This document shows, piece by piece, positions 30,101 through 38,656 of a DNA stretch of 64,000 nt (positions are counted from its first letter, which is position 1; the number at the start of each line of letters is the position of its first letter). Source of the DNA: a bacterium. GTDB lineage: Bacteria; JACRDZ01; JAQUKH01. The stretch lies in assembly GCA_040754625.1 (NCBI GenBank), contig JBFMCF010000068.1, positions 2,876 through 66,875 on the forward strand, written 5' to 3'. The notes below the pieces were generated by a model. The model saw only the letters and a list, made by a program, of their open reading frames with translations. It searched no databases and was not told where the DNA came from. A program made the position numbers and the translations under genes.

Positions 30101-30226
30101 TCTGCAATTGATACCATAAGGCGTCTTGATATAAAAGAAGAATGGGTACTTAATGCATTGGTCGAAAATTTTAAGGAAAAAGACTTAAAAAATTATGTTT
30201 ATGAAACCTTATGGGAATTGGTATAA
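27143..30226 (+). CDS. STAND NTPase: class-III-cyclase-like N-domain + NACHT P-loop + C-terminal HEAT (PBS-lyase type) repeats
   Basis: 1027 aa. ATGA overlap with the upstream stop (27143-27146). N-domain: FLFIDRAKST ... EWHGDGNVIFF ... YISINVGMLEF ... GILIHEEVY follows the nucleotidyl-cyclase palm-fold pattern. NACHT: Walker A IILGSPGSGKST and Walker B VIFLFDGLDEV. Seven 31-33-aa repeats AIDAIGHLGLKEEWAIEAIK.GL.D...VR.S. Confidence 0.8.
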   Translation: MNDLLWWKSLEDGKEYLFSFLFIDRAKSTKDPKYYNEEQASKRAELFHKVVQNIANSFNGRCLEWHGDGNVIFFYTSDASNIFEKSNILSKKAVEAGLSIFQELILQKEEEFKEIKAYISINVGMLEFKKEMGRIKSRDLDITGHMLKVCPEAGILIHEEVYKILTDDLKEKFRYLGTTSEDFTPVFVYPRQREIPHNKINMFIPQDKDKYREKELFLNFIRDKYSKIIPRGFRQENLISVNLFDIYSPLKVRQRYEKEIADFSSIKDQKIIESINLPSDHPITLFKTVEKSAPINIQDVVKKNNHFIILGSPGSGKSTFIKWLALTCVAGKISSFYGIGILESLIPIPVSIGHLSEIWQDNNKNIGVLEAIKIYFSTLNYNISDFIDEELENGMVIFLFDGLDEVLSDIDRDDISLWLEDFVKRYSKNRFVITSRIVGFKGFFLQSDKIYLIENLVINEAKPIIKKWMTAIEYSLNGVNDVSRVNANDEADRLIKILEHKPQFEKFISNPFLLTLTVLLHRNEAELPNYRIQIFERMIQTLVETWQQARSLGGMSLRTLRMDFRTEAIPILSPLALWIHKNFPAGIVPEEEIKEFIKDKLNELGVSRNEIDKAVDNFFNKLRIGTGLLEEKGKGLWGFMHQSFQEYLCSIELVRDESYEANFRKYNYDPRWEEIFILVAGELGITQANTKKVSKFIEIIVQGINDPIKDKILKKNMLLAGKCLVSSANINIKLVERIINFYKENLFSSDINNLRKRLIDILCDMMNIKIVFENIRNEISSKLKIEEKKDFAINAIGHLGLKEEWAIEAIKRGLRDDSSWVRNSAIDAIGHLGLKEEWAIEALKSGLEDDNRWIRRYTIYAIGRLSIKEKWAIEAIKNGLQDADYLVRNSAIDAIGYFDLKEEWVIEAIKNRLRDRDRWIRQYTIYAIGRLNIKEEWAIEAIKEGLQNTDYLIRNSAIDAVGHLGIKEEWVIEAIKSGLKDDRVKRSAIDTIRRLDIKEEWVLNALVENFKEKDLKNYVYETLWELV
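29512..30170 (+). repeat. Seven tandem 93-99-nt coding repeats (HEAT units) with long identical nucleotide stretches
   Basis: For example, GGTCATCTTGGCCTAAAAGAGGAATGGGCAATAGAAGC occurs at 29531 and again at 29630 (99-nt period). AAAGAGGA(A/G)TGGG(C/T)AATAGAAGCTATAAAA recurs in every unit. Confidence 0.85.
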
Positions 30227-30252
30227 TTACTAACTTATAGGGGGGCTTACCA

Positions 30253-30786
30253 ATGGGGAAAATAGATGGTAAAAAAATACTTATTATTATTGCCTCGAAT
30301 AATTTCAGGGATGAAGAATACAGCCGTCCCCGGTCGGTTTTTGAAAAAGAGGGCGCGAAGGTTACAGTCGTCTCATCAAGTTTAAATGTATCAGCAGGTG
30401 TTAAAGGGATGGAAAGGGTAAAACCTGATATTCTTATTTCCGCTGCCGATGTTTCTGATTATGATGCAGTAATGTTTGTAGGAGGGGCGGGCGCAAGGGA
30501 ATATTTTAACAGCGCGGCGGCCCATAAAATTGCAAAAGACGCCCTTGAAAAAGGCAAAATATTGAGCGCTATCTGCATCGGGCCTGGAATTTTGGCGTAC
30601 GCCGGGGTCCTGAAGGGGAAAAAGGCCACGGTTTTTTCTTCTGAAATAAACACAATCAAATCAAAAGGCGCGATTTATACAGGCAATCCTGTTGAAAAAG
30701 ACGGGAAGATTATTACGGCAGACGGACCTGAAGCGGCGTATGAGTTTGGAAATGAGATTGTAAATGCGTTAATGCGTAAAGCGTAA
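30253..30786 (+). CDS. DJ-1/PfpI family protein
   Basis: 177 aa. Contains DAVMFVGGAGA and the nucleophile elbow LSAICIGPGILA. Confidence 0.85.
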   Translation: MGKIDGKKILIIIASNNFRDEEYSRPRSVFEKEGAKVTVVSSSLNVSAGVKGMERVKPDILISAADVSDYDAVMFVGGAGAREYFNSAAAHKIAKDALEKGKILSAICIGPGILAYAGVLKGKKATVFSSEINTIKSKGAIYTGNPVEKDGKIITADGPEAAYEFGNEIVNALMRKA

Positions 30787-30832
30787 AAATTTAAATTTGT
30801 AGAAATGTATATGCAGTTAAACGCATCAAAAA

Positions 30833-31678
30833 ATGAATATGAAAACAATACACGCAGAGCAAATTGTATCCGAAGTTTCAAAGTTATGGCGGGAGGCTAA
30901 TTTTTATCTTAATGAAGATATTATTGGTGTACTGAAAAACTCATTAAAAAAAGAAAAAAATATCCGGGCAAAAGATGCCTTAAGAGTAATATTGAAAAAT
31001 GCGGGATTAGCGCGAAAAGAAAACCGTCCCATTTGTCAGGACACCGGTTTTCCTTTGGTTTTTTTGGAAGTCGGGCAGGATGTGAATATTAAAGGTGATT
31101 TGCATAAATCAGTAAATCAGGGTATAAGGGAAGGGACAAAAGAGGGGTTTTTAAGGCCGTCGGTGGTTGATTGTCCTTTTAACCGAAAAAATACAGGCGA
31201 TAATACACCGGCAGTAATTCATTGTGAAATTGTTCCCGGGGATAAAGTCAAAATTTTTGTGGCGGCAAAAGGAGCGGGGAGTGAAAACTGTTCAAAAACA
31301 GCAATGTTGCTGCCTACGGCAGGTGAAAAAGAAATCGAAGATTTTGCCGTTGAGTCAGTTAAAATAGCAGGGTCAAATCCGTGCCCGCCGATTATTGTCG
31401 GCCTGGGAATCGGCGGGACCCTGGAAAAAGCAGTTTTACTTTCCAAAAAGGCGTTGCTAAGGCCCTTGAATAAAAAAAATCCAGATAGAAATTTGAACAG
31501 ACTTGAGGTAAAATTGTTGCAGAAAATAAATAAATTAGGCATTGGACCAAATGGTTTTGGAGGAAAAACGACTGCGCTTGGAGTAAGAATTGAAAGATTT
31601 CCATGCCATCTTGCAAGTTTGCCTATAGCGATAAATATTAGCTGCCATGTGAACAGGCATAAGGAAACTGTCATATAA
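30833..31678 (+). CDS. Fe-S hydro-lyase alpha subunit (class I fumarate hydratase / tartrate dehydratase alpha type)
   Basis: 281 aa. Contains PICQDTGFPLVFLEVGQDV, and GIGGT...GPNGFGG in the C-terminal half. Confidence 0.8.
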   Translation: MNMKTIHAEQIVSEVSKLWREANFYLNEDIIGVLKNSLKKEKNIRAKDALRVILKNAGLARKENRPICQDTGFPLVFLEVGQDVNIKGDLHKSVNQGIREGTKEGFLRPSVVDCPFNRKNTGDNTPAVIHCEIVPGDKVKIFVAAKGAGSENCSKTAMLLPTAGEKEIEDFAVESVKIAGSNPCPPIIVGLGIGGTLEKAVLLSKKALLRPLNKKNPDRNLNRLEVKLLQKINKLGIGPNGFGGKTTALGVRIERFPCHLASLPIAINISCHVNRHKETVI

Positions 31679-31720
31679 AAAGTAGAACTTATTACTCTCT
31701 ACTTCTGAAAGGAGGATTTC

Positions 31721-32680
31721 ATGGATAGAAATTTGGCATTAGAATTTGTCAGGGTAACGGAAGCGGCTGCACTGGGGTCAGCGAAATGGATGGGGATGGG
31801 GAATGACAAGGCTGCAGACCAGGCGGCAGTAGATTTTATGCGCCGCGCATTTTCCGCGATTAGTTTTGAAGGTACGGTTGTTATCGGCGAGGGTGAACGG
31901 GATGAGGCGCCTATGCTTTATATAGGTGAGAAGATAGGGAATGGAAACGGGCCAAAACTTGACATTGCGATTGACCCGCTTGAAGGGACGACCTTAACGG
32001 CCCAGGGCAGGCCCAACGCTATCTCTGTTGTGGCGGCAGCCCCGAGCGGTTGTTTTTTAAATGCACCTGATACTTATATGAAAAAAATTGCGGTTGGACG
32101 CAGTGCATCAGGGGTAATAGATATTAATGCGCCTGTAAAGGATAATGTTAAAGCGGTTGCGAAAAAACTCGGGCGTGACATAGAAGAGGTTACGGTTGTT
32201 ATTTTAGACAGGCCCCGACATGCGGACATTGTCAAGGATGTCAGGGAGCTTGGCGCAAGGATTTGCCTGATCCAGGACGGGGATGTTGCTGCTGCGATTG
32301 CTACGGCATTCCCTGAGGATTCGGGGATTGAAATGCTTATCGGCATAGGCGGTGCGCCAGAGGGAGTATTGGCGGCGGCCGCGTTAAAGTGTCTGGGCGG
32401 GGATATGCAGGGACAGTTAAGCCCGAGAAATGAAGAAGAAATTCAGCGCGCACACAAGATGGGAATTAAAAATATAAACAAGGTTTTTACGATAAATGAA
32501 TTGGCAAGAGGCGATGATATTATGTTTGCGGCCACCGGAGTAACTAATGGTTCATTCCTGAAAGGGGTGCGGTTTACTGCAGAGGGAGCGATAACTCATT
32601 CTGTTGTTATGAGGTCAAAAACCGGGACTGTGCGCTATATTGAGGCACACCACAAATTTGCGAAAAAACCGGTATATTAA
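31721..32680 (+). CDS. glpX: Fructose-1,6-bisphosphatase class II
   Basis: 319 aa. Contains MDRNLALEFVRVTEAAALGSAKWMGMGNDKAADQAAVD, DIAIDPLEGT and GIGGAPEGVLAAAALKC. Confidence 0.9.
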   Translation: MDRNLALEFVRVTEAAALGSAKWMGMGNDKAADQAAVDFMRRAFSAISFEGTVVIGEGERDEAPMLYIGEKIGNGNGPKLDIAIDPLEGTTLTAQGRPNAISVVAAAPSGCFLNAPDTYMKKIAVGRSASGVIDINAPVKDNVKAVAKKLGRDIEEVTVVILDRPRHADIVKDVRELGARICLIQDGDVAAAIATAFPEDSGIEMLIGIGGAPEGVLAAAALKCLGGDMQGQLSPRNEEEIQRAHKMGIKNINKVFTINELARGDDIMFAATGVTNGSFLKGVRFTAEGAITHSVVMRSKTGTVRYIEAHHKFAKKPVY

Positions 32681-32692
32681 AAAACGCAAAAA

Positions 32693-32761
32693 GCATAGAG
32701 CATAGCGCAAGAAATTTATACTTATACTTTCACTCTATGCCCTATGCCCTATGCACTATGC
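32693..32761 (+). repeat. CTATGC(C/A) heptamer cluster: four direct copies plus an upstream inverted pair
   Basis: GCATAGAGCATAG (32693-32705) is the reverse complement, with 1 mismatch, of CTATGCCCTATGC (32742-32754). The direct run CTCTATGC CCTATGC CCTATGC ACTATGC ends on the likely start codon of the ligase gene (32758). Confidence 0.5.
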
Positions 32762-33528
32762 AAAATTCCTGGCGTTTACTACTTCTTTCAGAAAATAATC
32801 CTTATCTGAACATGGCTGTAGATGAGGCTGTTCTCTTAGCTCACAGCCAGAAAAAAACACAACCAACACTGCGTTTTTACACATGGGACCCTCCCTGTAT
32901 TTCATTGGGTTATTTTCAGAAGGCAGCCGAAGAAGACAGGAAAAAATGGCAGGGATTAAATGTCCCTTTTGTCCGCAGATTAAGCGGCGGCAGAGCGGTC
33001 TTCCATAATCATGATTTGACATATAGTTTTACGATTCATGAGGACTATAATCTGCTTCCAAAGAATATTATTCAATCCTGCCAGATAATAGGCCAATGCC
33101 TGTATAAAGGCCTTAATTTTTTTGGAATAAGCGGGAAATTGCTGGAGATAAATAATCTGAGGCAGAGAGCGGAAAAGAAAGGGCGGGAGACAAAAGATTG
33201 TTTTAATGTATTTTCAAGCGGGGAGATACTTTATGCCCGCAGAAAATTAATCGGGAGCGCCCAGGTCAGGAAAAAAGGTGTAATTCTGCAGCATGGATCA
33301 ATTCTGATGAATTATCCGCCGGTATTAGGAAATACAGAATCATTAAGAACGATAACACTCAAAGAAATTCTTGGCCATGAAGTGAAACCGGAAGAGATTA
33401 TTCCTTGCATTATAAAAGGTTTTGAAAATATATTTAATGTTAAATTTGAAAATGTTTGCCTGACAGATGAAGAAAAAAAAACAGCCAAAAAATTAGAGCT
33501 GGAATATAGACAAAGGGGAATAACTTGA
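32758..33528 (+). CDS. Biotin/lipoate A/B protein ligase family protein (lipoate-protein ligase / octanoyltransferase-like)
   Basis: Contains PYLNMAVDEAVL, LRFYTWDPPCISLGYFQ and RRLSGGRAVFH; KLIGSAQ carries the catalytic-type Lys. The track ORF opens at 32737; ATG 32758 is preferred. Confidence 0.75.
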   Translation: MQNSWRLLLLSENNPYLNMAVDEAVLLAHSQKKTQPTLRFYTWDPPCISLGYFQKAAEEDRKKWQGLNVPFVRRLSGGRAVFHNHDLTYSFTIHEDYNLLPKNIIQSCQIIGQCLYKGLNFFGISGKLLEINNLRQRAEKKGRETKDCFNVFSSGEILYARRKLIGSAQVRKKGVILQHGSILMNYPPVLGNTESLRTITLKEILGHEVKPEEIIPCIIKGFENIFNVKFENVCLTDEEKKTAKKLELEYRQRGIT

Positions 33529-33538
33529 AAGTTAATTT

Positions 33539-34390
33539 ATGAATGATTTGAAAAAATGGTATTTGCTTTTATCTTCAATTTTGTTCGCGGTCATGACTTT
33601 TTTTATAAAAATGGTTTCCGGGCAAATCCCCGCTTATGAACTGCTTTTTTTCCGTTTTTTCGGCGGCGCAGCGGGTTGCCTTTTGGTGGATAAATCTTGT
33701 TTTCGTTTTTCCCATGGCAGTTTTAAAATACTTTTTCTGCGAAGCTTGTATGGAACTATTGCCATGTTTGCTTTTTTTTACGCCCTCGATTTTTCGCCGA
33801 TAAGCCGCGTAGCGGTCCTGCATTTCAGTTATCCTGTTTTTGAAGTATTTTTTTCGGCTTTATGGATGAAAGAAAGGCCCCAAAAAATTATTTATATTTC
33901 CTTGCCTCTTTCATTGGCCGGGATTTATTATATGGGTAATCCTGTAAGCGGTTTCAATATTGGAGATATACTTGCCCTTTGCTCCGGGATTTTTGGCGGC
34001 CTTGCTGTTGTGGGTTTACGGCAGGCGAGAATAGTCAATTCTTCCGCGACAATTTATTTTTATTTTTGTATTTTTGGAATGTTGTCCACTATTATTCCAT
34101 CCGCCGCCCGCTGGGTCACTCCTCCAAAAACAAGTTTATGGCCGATTTTTTTTGTTGTTTTTTTGGGAGGCATTGGACAGCTTGTTATGAATTACGCTTA
34201 TAAATTTTCAAAATCAGGAGAAGGAAGCATAATTACCATTTTTACAATAGTTTTTATTAACCTTATGGGTTTTGTTTTTTTAAAAGAAGAAGTTACCGCC
34301 CGGCTTTTGACAGGGGAATTGTTAATTGCCGCTTCAATATTTTTACTTTTTCTGAAAAAGAAAAAAGATAAAGAATTATTTTTGGAATAA
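33539..34390 (+). CDS. EamA/DMT-family transporter
   Basis: 283 aa with about 10 TM helices arranged as two EamA-like halves. Confidence 0.75.
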   Translation: MNDLKKWYLLLSSILFAVMTFFIKMVSGQIPAYELLFFRFFGGAAGCLLVDKSCFRFSHGSFKILFLRSLYGTIAMFAFFYALDFSPISRVAVLHFSYPVFEVFFSALWMKERPQKIIYISLPLSLAGIYYMGNPVSGFNIGDILALCSGIFGGLAVVGLRQARIVNSSATIYFYFCIFGMLSTIIPSAARWVTPPKTSLWPIFFVVFLGGIGQLVMNYAYKFSKSGEGSIITIFTIVFINLMGFVFLKEEVTARLLTGELLIAASIFLLFLKKKKDKELFLE

Positions 34391-34484
34391 AATGTGTTAA
34401 ATGTCCCTGATTTGATTTTTTGTTTGGAGAATTAAAGGAATAAAGGTATAATTAATTTGTAGGTTTTTTTAAGGAGGAATACCT

Positions 34485-34718
34485 ATGAGTACGGTAACAG
34501 CAGGCTTAATGGAAAAGATATTATCACTGCCGATTGAAGAAAGAGTGTCATTAGCTCAGCGGGTATGGGACAGTGTGGAGCATTTTGTTAATCCAGAGAT
34601 TGAAAAGGCGTGGTTGAATGAAGCAGAAAGAAGATGGCAGGAGATTGAACAAGACCGAATACAATGTATTTCGGCGGAAAAAGCAATGAAAAAAGCAAGA
34701 GCCAGCTTAAAAAAATGA
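34485..34718 (+). CDS. Addiction-module antitoxin (TIGR02574-like component)
   Basis: 77 aa. EKILSLPIEERVSLAQRVWDSV is the characteristic motif. GGAGG RBS. Its stop overlaps the toxin ATG. Confidence 0.75.
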   Translation: MSTVTAGLMEKILSLPIEERVSLAQRVWDSVEHFVNPEIEKAWLNEAERRWQEIEQDRIQCISAEKAMKKARASLKK

Positions 34719-35020
34719 TTTTAAATTATCATCCGGACGCAGTTGAGGAACTTATTAATGCCGCTCAGTTTTATGAATCCCGCCAAAATAATCTAGGTCA
34801 TAGATTTCTCGATGCCGTTGATACTGCTTTAAAAACTATCAAAAAAAATCCTTTAATTTGGCAATCAGATAAATTAGACAGAAGAAAATGCCCTGTGAAA
34901 AAGTTTCCCTATCTTCTTATATATAAGTTAAACAATAGGATTGTTTATATTTTAGCTGTAGCTCACACAAGCAGAAAGCCGGATTATTGGAAGTCGAGAG
35001 ATAGACAAAAGGAATTGTGA
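34715..35020 (+). CDS. RelE/ParE-family toxin
   Basis: About 101 aa from ATG 34715 (ATGA overlap with the antitoxin stop). Contains HPDAVEEL..A..FYE, FPYLLIYKL....VYILAVAHTSRKPDYW. Confidence 0.75.
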   Translation: MILNYHPDAVEELINAAQFYESRQNNLGHRFLDAVDTALKTIKKNPLIWQSDKLDRRKCPVKKFPYLLIYKLNNRIVYILAVAHTSRKPDYWKSRDRQKEL

Positions 35021-35051
35021 ATAAAATTTATATATGGTATAGTATTAAACT

Positions 35052-36962
35052 ATGAGCGAAGAAATAAGTTTATTTTCAGATTACGATATACATCTTTTTA
35101 AAGAGGGTAATCATTTTACGATTTATGAAAAATTGGGCTCTCATTTGATGAACGTTAATGGTGTTGACGGGGTCTATTTTTCTGTCTGGGCGCCTAATGC
35201 CGAATATGTTTCGGTCATAGGAGATTTTAACGGGTGGAACGCCGGTTCAAATAAGATGTCCCATAGAAAAGACGGGTCAGGCATCTGGGAAGTTTTTTTG
35301 CCCGGGGCCGCCAGGGGCGCCATTTACAAATATCATATCGTTTCGAAATATCACAATTATAAGGTTAACAAGGGAGACCCTTATGCGTTTTACTGGGAAA
35401 TCCCCTCAAAGACCGCGTCGCGCGTCTGGGACCTGGATTATAAATGGAACGATGAGTCATGGATGCAGAACCGGGTTGATTATAACAGTTTGAACGCTCC
35501 CGTTTCCATTTACGAAGTCCATCTTGGTTCGTGGAGAAGAATTCCTGAAGAAAAAAACAGGTTTCTGACATACCGGGAATTAGCGCCTCTCCTCGCGGAT
35601 TACGTCAGGGCGATGGGCTTTACCCACGTGGAATTTTTACCTGTCATGGAACACCCGCTTTACCGTTCATGGGGGTACCAGACTGTGGGTTATTTCGCCC
35701 CGACAAGCCGTTACGGCACACCGCAGGATTTTATGTTCCTTGTTGATTACCTGCACCAGAACAATATAGGAGTGATACTTGACTGGGTGCCTTCCCATTT
35801 CCCGTCGGATGAACACGGGCTTTCGTATTTTGACGGGACCCATCTTTATGAACATTCCGACAGGCGGAAGGGTTTTCACCCGGACTGGAAGACCCATATT
35901 TTTAATTACGGGAGGGGCGAGGTAAGGAATTTTCTCATAAGCAACGCCCTTTTTTGGCTGAAAAATTATCATATAGACGGAATCAGGGTTGACGCGGTAG
36001 CGTCGATGCTTTACCTTGATTACTCGCGCAAAGACGGCGAATGGCTTCCAAATGAGTACGGCGGCAGGGAAAATATAGAGGCGATAAATTTCTTAAGGCG
36101 GTTTAATGAGGTTGTTTATGGCAATGTCCACGGTGTGCAGACTTTCGCCGAAGAATCCACGGCGTGGGCCATGGTTTCGCGCCCCGCGCATATGGGAGGC
36201 CTGGGATTCGGCATGAAGTGGAACATGGGATGGATGCATGACACGCTTGAATATTTCAAAAAAGACCCGCTTCACAGAAAATACCACCAGAACGATATCA
36301 CATTCAGCATGTGGTACGCCTTTACGGAAAATTTTTTACTGCCGTTTTCACATGATGAAGTGGTCCATGGCAAGGGTTCTTTATTTGGGAAGATGTCGGG
36401 AGATATATGGCAGAAATTCGCGAACCTCCGGCTTCTTTTAGGGTATATGTTTACGCACCCGGGCAAAAAACTTTTGTTTATGGGAGATGAAATCGCCCAG
36501 TGGAAGGAATGGAATGAATCGCACAGCCTGGACTGGGATGTCCTGAAATATTCCACTCACCAGGGCATAAGGGCCTGGGTCCGCGACCTGAATTATTTTT
36601 ACAGGAATGAACCCGCGTTATACGAACTTGATTTTGAACTTGAAGGTTTTAAATGGATTGATTTCCGTGACGCGAGTAACAGCATAATAAGTTTCCTGAG
36701 AATGGGGAAAACCGTGGACGATATAATCCTTGTTGTTTGTAATTTTACGCCGATCGTCCGGCATAATTACAAGGTTGGTGTGCCGAAGGACGGGTTCTGG
36801 AAGGAAGTTTTGAATAGCGACGCGGCATATTACGGGGGAAGCAACCAGGGAAATCTGGGTGGCCTTGACGCTATTGAATTCAATATGAATAATATGGATT
36901 ATTCCCTTTCACTGACTTTGCCGCCGCTCGCGGTTTTGGTGTTTAAGAAGGAAGCGGAATAA
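35052..36962 (+). CDS. glgB: 1,4-alpha-glucan branching enzyme (GH13)
   Basis: 636 aa. Contains [24 protein letters not shown] (CBM48) plus [24 protein letters not shown] and [10 protein letters not shown]. Confidence 0.92.
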   Translation: MSEEISLFSDYDIHLFKEGNHFTIYEKLGSHLMNVNGVDGVYFSVWAPNAEYVSVIGDFNGWNAGSNKMSHRKDGSGIWEVFLPGAARGAIYKYHIVSKYHNYKVNKGDPYAFYWEIPSKTASRVWDLDYKWNDESWMQNRVDYNSLNAPVSIYEVHLGSWRRIPEEKNRFLTYRELAPLLADYVRAMGFTHVEFLPVMEHPLYRSWGYQTVGYFAPTSRYGTPQDFMFLVDYLHQNNIGVILDWVPSHFPSDEHGLSYFDGTHLYEHSDRRKGFHPDWKTHIFNYGRGEVRNFLISNALFWLKNYHIDGIRVDAVASMLYLDYSRKDGEWLPNEYGGRENIEAINFLRRFNEVVYGNVHGVQTFAEESTAWAMVSRPAHMGGLGFGMKWNMGWMHDTLEYFKKDPLHRKYHQNDITFSMWYAFTENFLLPFSHDEVVHGKGSLFGKMSGDIWQKFANLRLLLGYMFTHPGKKLLFMGDEIAQWKEWNESHSLDWDVLKYSTHQGIRAWVRDLNYFYRNEPALYELDFELEGFKWIDFRDASNSIISFLRMGKTVDDIILVVCNFTPIVRHNYKVGVPKDGFWKEVLNSDAAYYGGSNQGNLGGLDAIEFNMNNMDYSLSLTLPPLAVLVFKKEAE

Positions 36963-37031
36963 TCCTGACTTGCTGTCAAATATAAAGTATATTAATCATG
37001 CTTTTTTAACAACCGATAATAAAAACATAAC

Positions 37032-38537
37032 ATGTCAAACCGGAAAAGCGGGATACTTTTACATATAAGTTCACTTCCATCTCCATACGGGATAGGCGAT
37101 TTTGGGCCTGAGGCCTATAAATTCGCCGATTTTCTTTTTAATACAAAACAGGGTGCCTGGCAGGTTCTGCCGTTCAGTCCCACGGACCCTGTTTTCGGCA
37201 ATTGTCCTTATAACAGTATTTCAGCCTGCGCCTGCAACACGCTTTTTATAAGTCCTGACCTTTTGGCGAAGGAAGGATATATAAACAAAAAAGACCTAGC
37301 TTCGAAACCGGAGTTCCCAAAAAATAAATGCGATTATTCCAACGCGGGTTTATATAAACAGAAATTGTTTGAAGCGGCGTATCAAAAATTTAAATCAAGA
37401 AAAATAAATCATGACGGGTTTGAAAAATTCTGTTTTGAAAATTCGTACTGGCTGGATGATTTTTCCCTTTTTGTGTTTATAAAAAGAAATTATAAGGGTA
37501 AAATCTGGTATGAATGGCCGGATTCGCTAAAAAGCAGGGATAAAAATGTTTTATCTAACATTACATATGAATACAAGGGTGAATTGGAAAAAGAAAAATT
37601 TTTACAGTATATTTTTTTCAGGCAGTGGATTTCATTAAGAAATTATTGCAACAACAGAAATATTAAATTAATAGGGGATGTCCCGATCTATGTTTGTTAT
37701 GACAGTGTTGATGTCTGGAAAAACCATGAGTTGTTTAATCTTGATGAATCCCAAAAACCCGTTACAGTCGCGGGTGTTCCTCCTGATTATTTCAGCGCCA
37801 CGGGGCAGTTGTGGGGGAACCCGGTGTTCCGGTGGGACGTTTTGAAGAACACAAACTATAAGTGGTGGATTGACAGGATAGCACACAATTTGAAACTTTT
37901 TGACAAAATAAGAATTGACCATTTCCGGGGATTTGAAGGATACTGGGAAGTCCCCGCCGGCGAGACAACGGCGATTAACGGCAGGTGGGTAAAGGCTGAA
38001 GGTGCGGATTTTTTCAGGGTGATAACGGAAAAATTTTCCGACAGGCCTTTTATCGCGGAGGACCTGGGTGTTATAACCGATGATGTCCGGGAAGTTATGA
38101 AACAATTTAACCTGCCTGGCATGAGGGTCCTGCTTTTTGCCTTCGGAGATGATAACCAGGACAACCCGTACCTCCCGCGTAATTTTATTGAAAATTGCGT
38201 GGTTTACACGGGGACCCACGATAATAACACGGTAAAAGGGTGGTTTAAAAACGAAGCGTGCCAGAAAGAAAAGGAAAGATTGTTCCATTATTTAGGGCAT
38301 AAGGCAGGTTTGAAAAATGTCCACCTGGAATTTATCAGACTCGCGATGGAATCAATCGCGGACACGGTAATTTTTCCGATGCAGGACATACTCGGCCTCG
38401 GCAGTGAGTCAAGGATGAATAAGCCGTCAACTACAAAAGGAAATTGGGAGTGGCGGCTTTCACCGGAGCAAATTACCAAAGATATCGCCGGCAGGCTTTT
38501 AAAAATGACAGAGATATGCGGGAGAGGGAAATCATAA
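37032..38537 (+). CDS. malQ: 4-alpha-glucanotransferase (amylomaltase, GH77)
   Basis: 501 aa. Contains SGILLHISSLPSPYGIGDFG, IRIDHFRGF, IAEDLG and YTGTHDN. Confidence 0.92.
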   Translation: MSNRKSGILLHISSLPSPYGIGDFGPEAYKFADFLFNTKQGAWQVLPFSPTDPVFGNCPYNSISACACNTLFISPDLLAKEGYINKKDLASKPEFPKNKCDYSNAGLYKQKLFEAAYQKFKSRKINHDGFEKFCFENSYWLDDFSLFVFIKRNYKGKIWYEWPDSLKSRDKNVLSNITYEYKGELEKEKFLQYIFFRQWISLRNYCNNRNIKLIGDVPIYVCYDSVDVWKNHELFNLDESQKPVTVAGVPPDYFSATGQLWGNPVFRWDVLKNTNYKWWIDRIAHNLKLFDKIRIDHFRGFEGYWEVPAGETTAINGRWVKAEGADFFRVITEKFSDRPFIAEDLGVITDDVREVMKQFNLPGMRVLLFAFGDDNQDNPYLPRNFIENCVVYTGTHDNNTVKGWFKNEACQKEKERLFHYLGHKAGLKNVHLEFIRLAMESIADTVIFPMQDILGLGSESRMNKPSTTKGNWEWRLSPEQITKDIAGRLLKMTEICGRGKS

Positions 38538-38656
38538 AGCGCGCCAGCGGGGCTTATTTAAATATAAGGTTAAAAATGTTTTGAAAATTTAAAAGTTAAT
38601 TTAAGTAATTTGATTATAAACCGATAATTAATAATCAATATTATACGGGAGAAAAC

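Noticed and set aside
29512-30170. A regular array with a period of about 96-99 nt that could superficially suggest a CRISPR-like or satellite array
   Set aside because: It lies entirely inside a long ORF and translates into HEAT repeats. There are no unique spacers between conserved repeats and no cas genes anywhere in the window.
37668-38288. 206-aa minus-strand ORF, plus similar long antisense ORFs (31219..31674, 42036..42497, 53459..53923, 63286..63801, 17061..17459, 18391..18771)
   Set aside because: Each is fully embedded antisense to a gene with strong family motifs (malQ, fumarase alpha, SNF2, HTH-CBM48, nuoF-like, HK, rel). None has an RBS or a recognisable domain, so they are treated as shadow ORFs.
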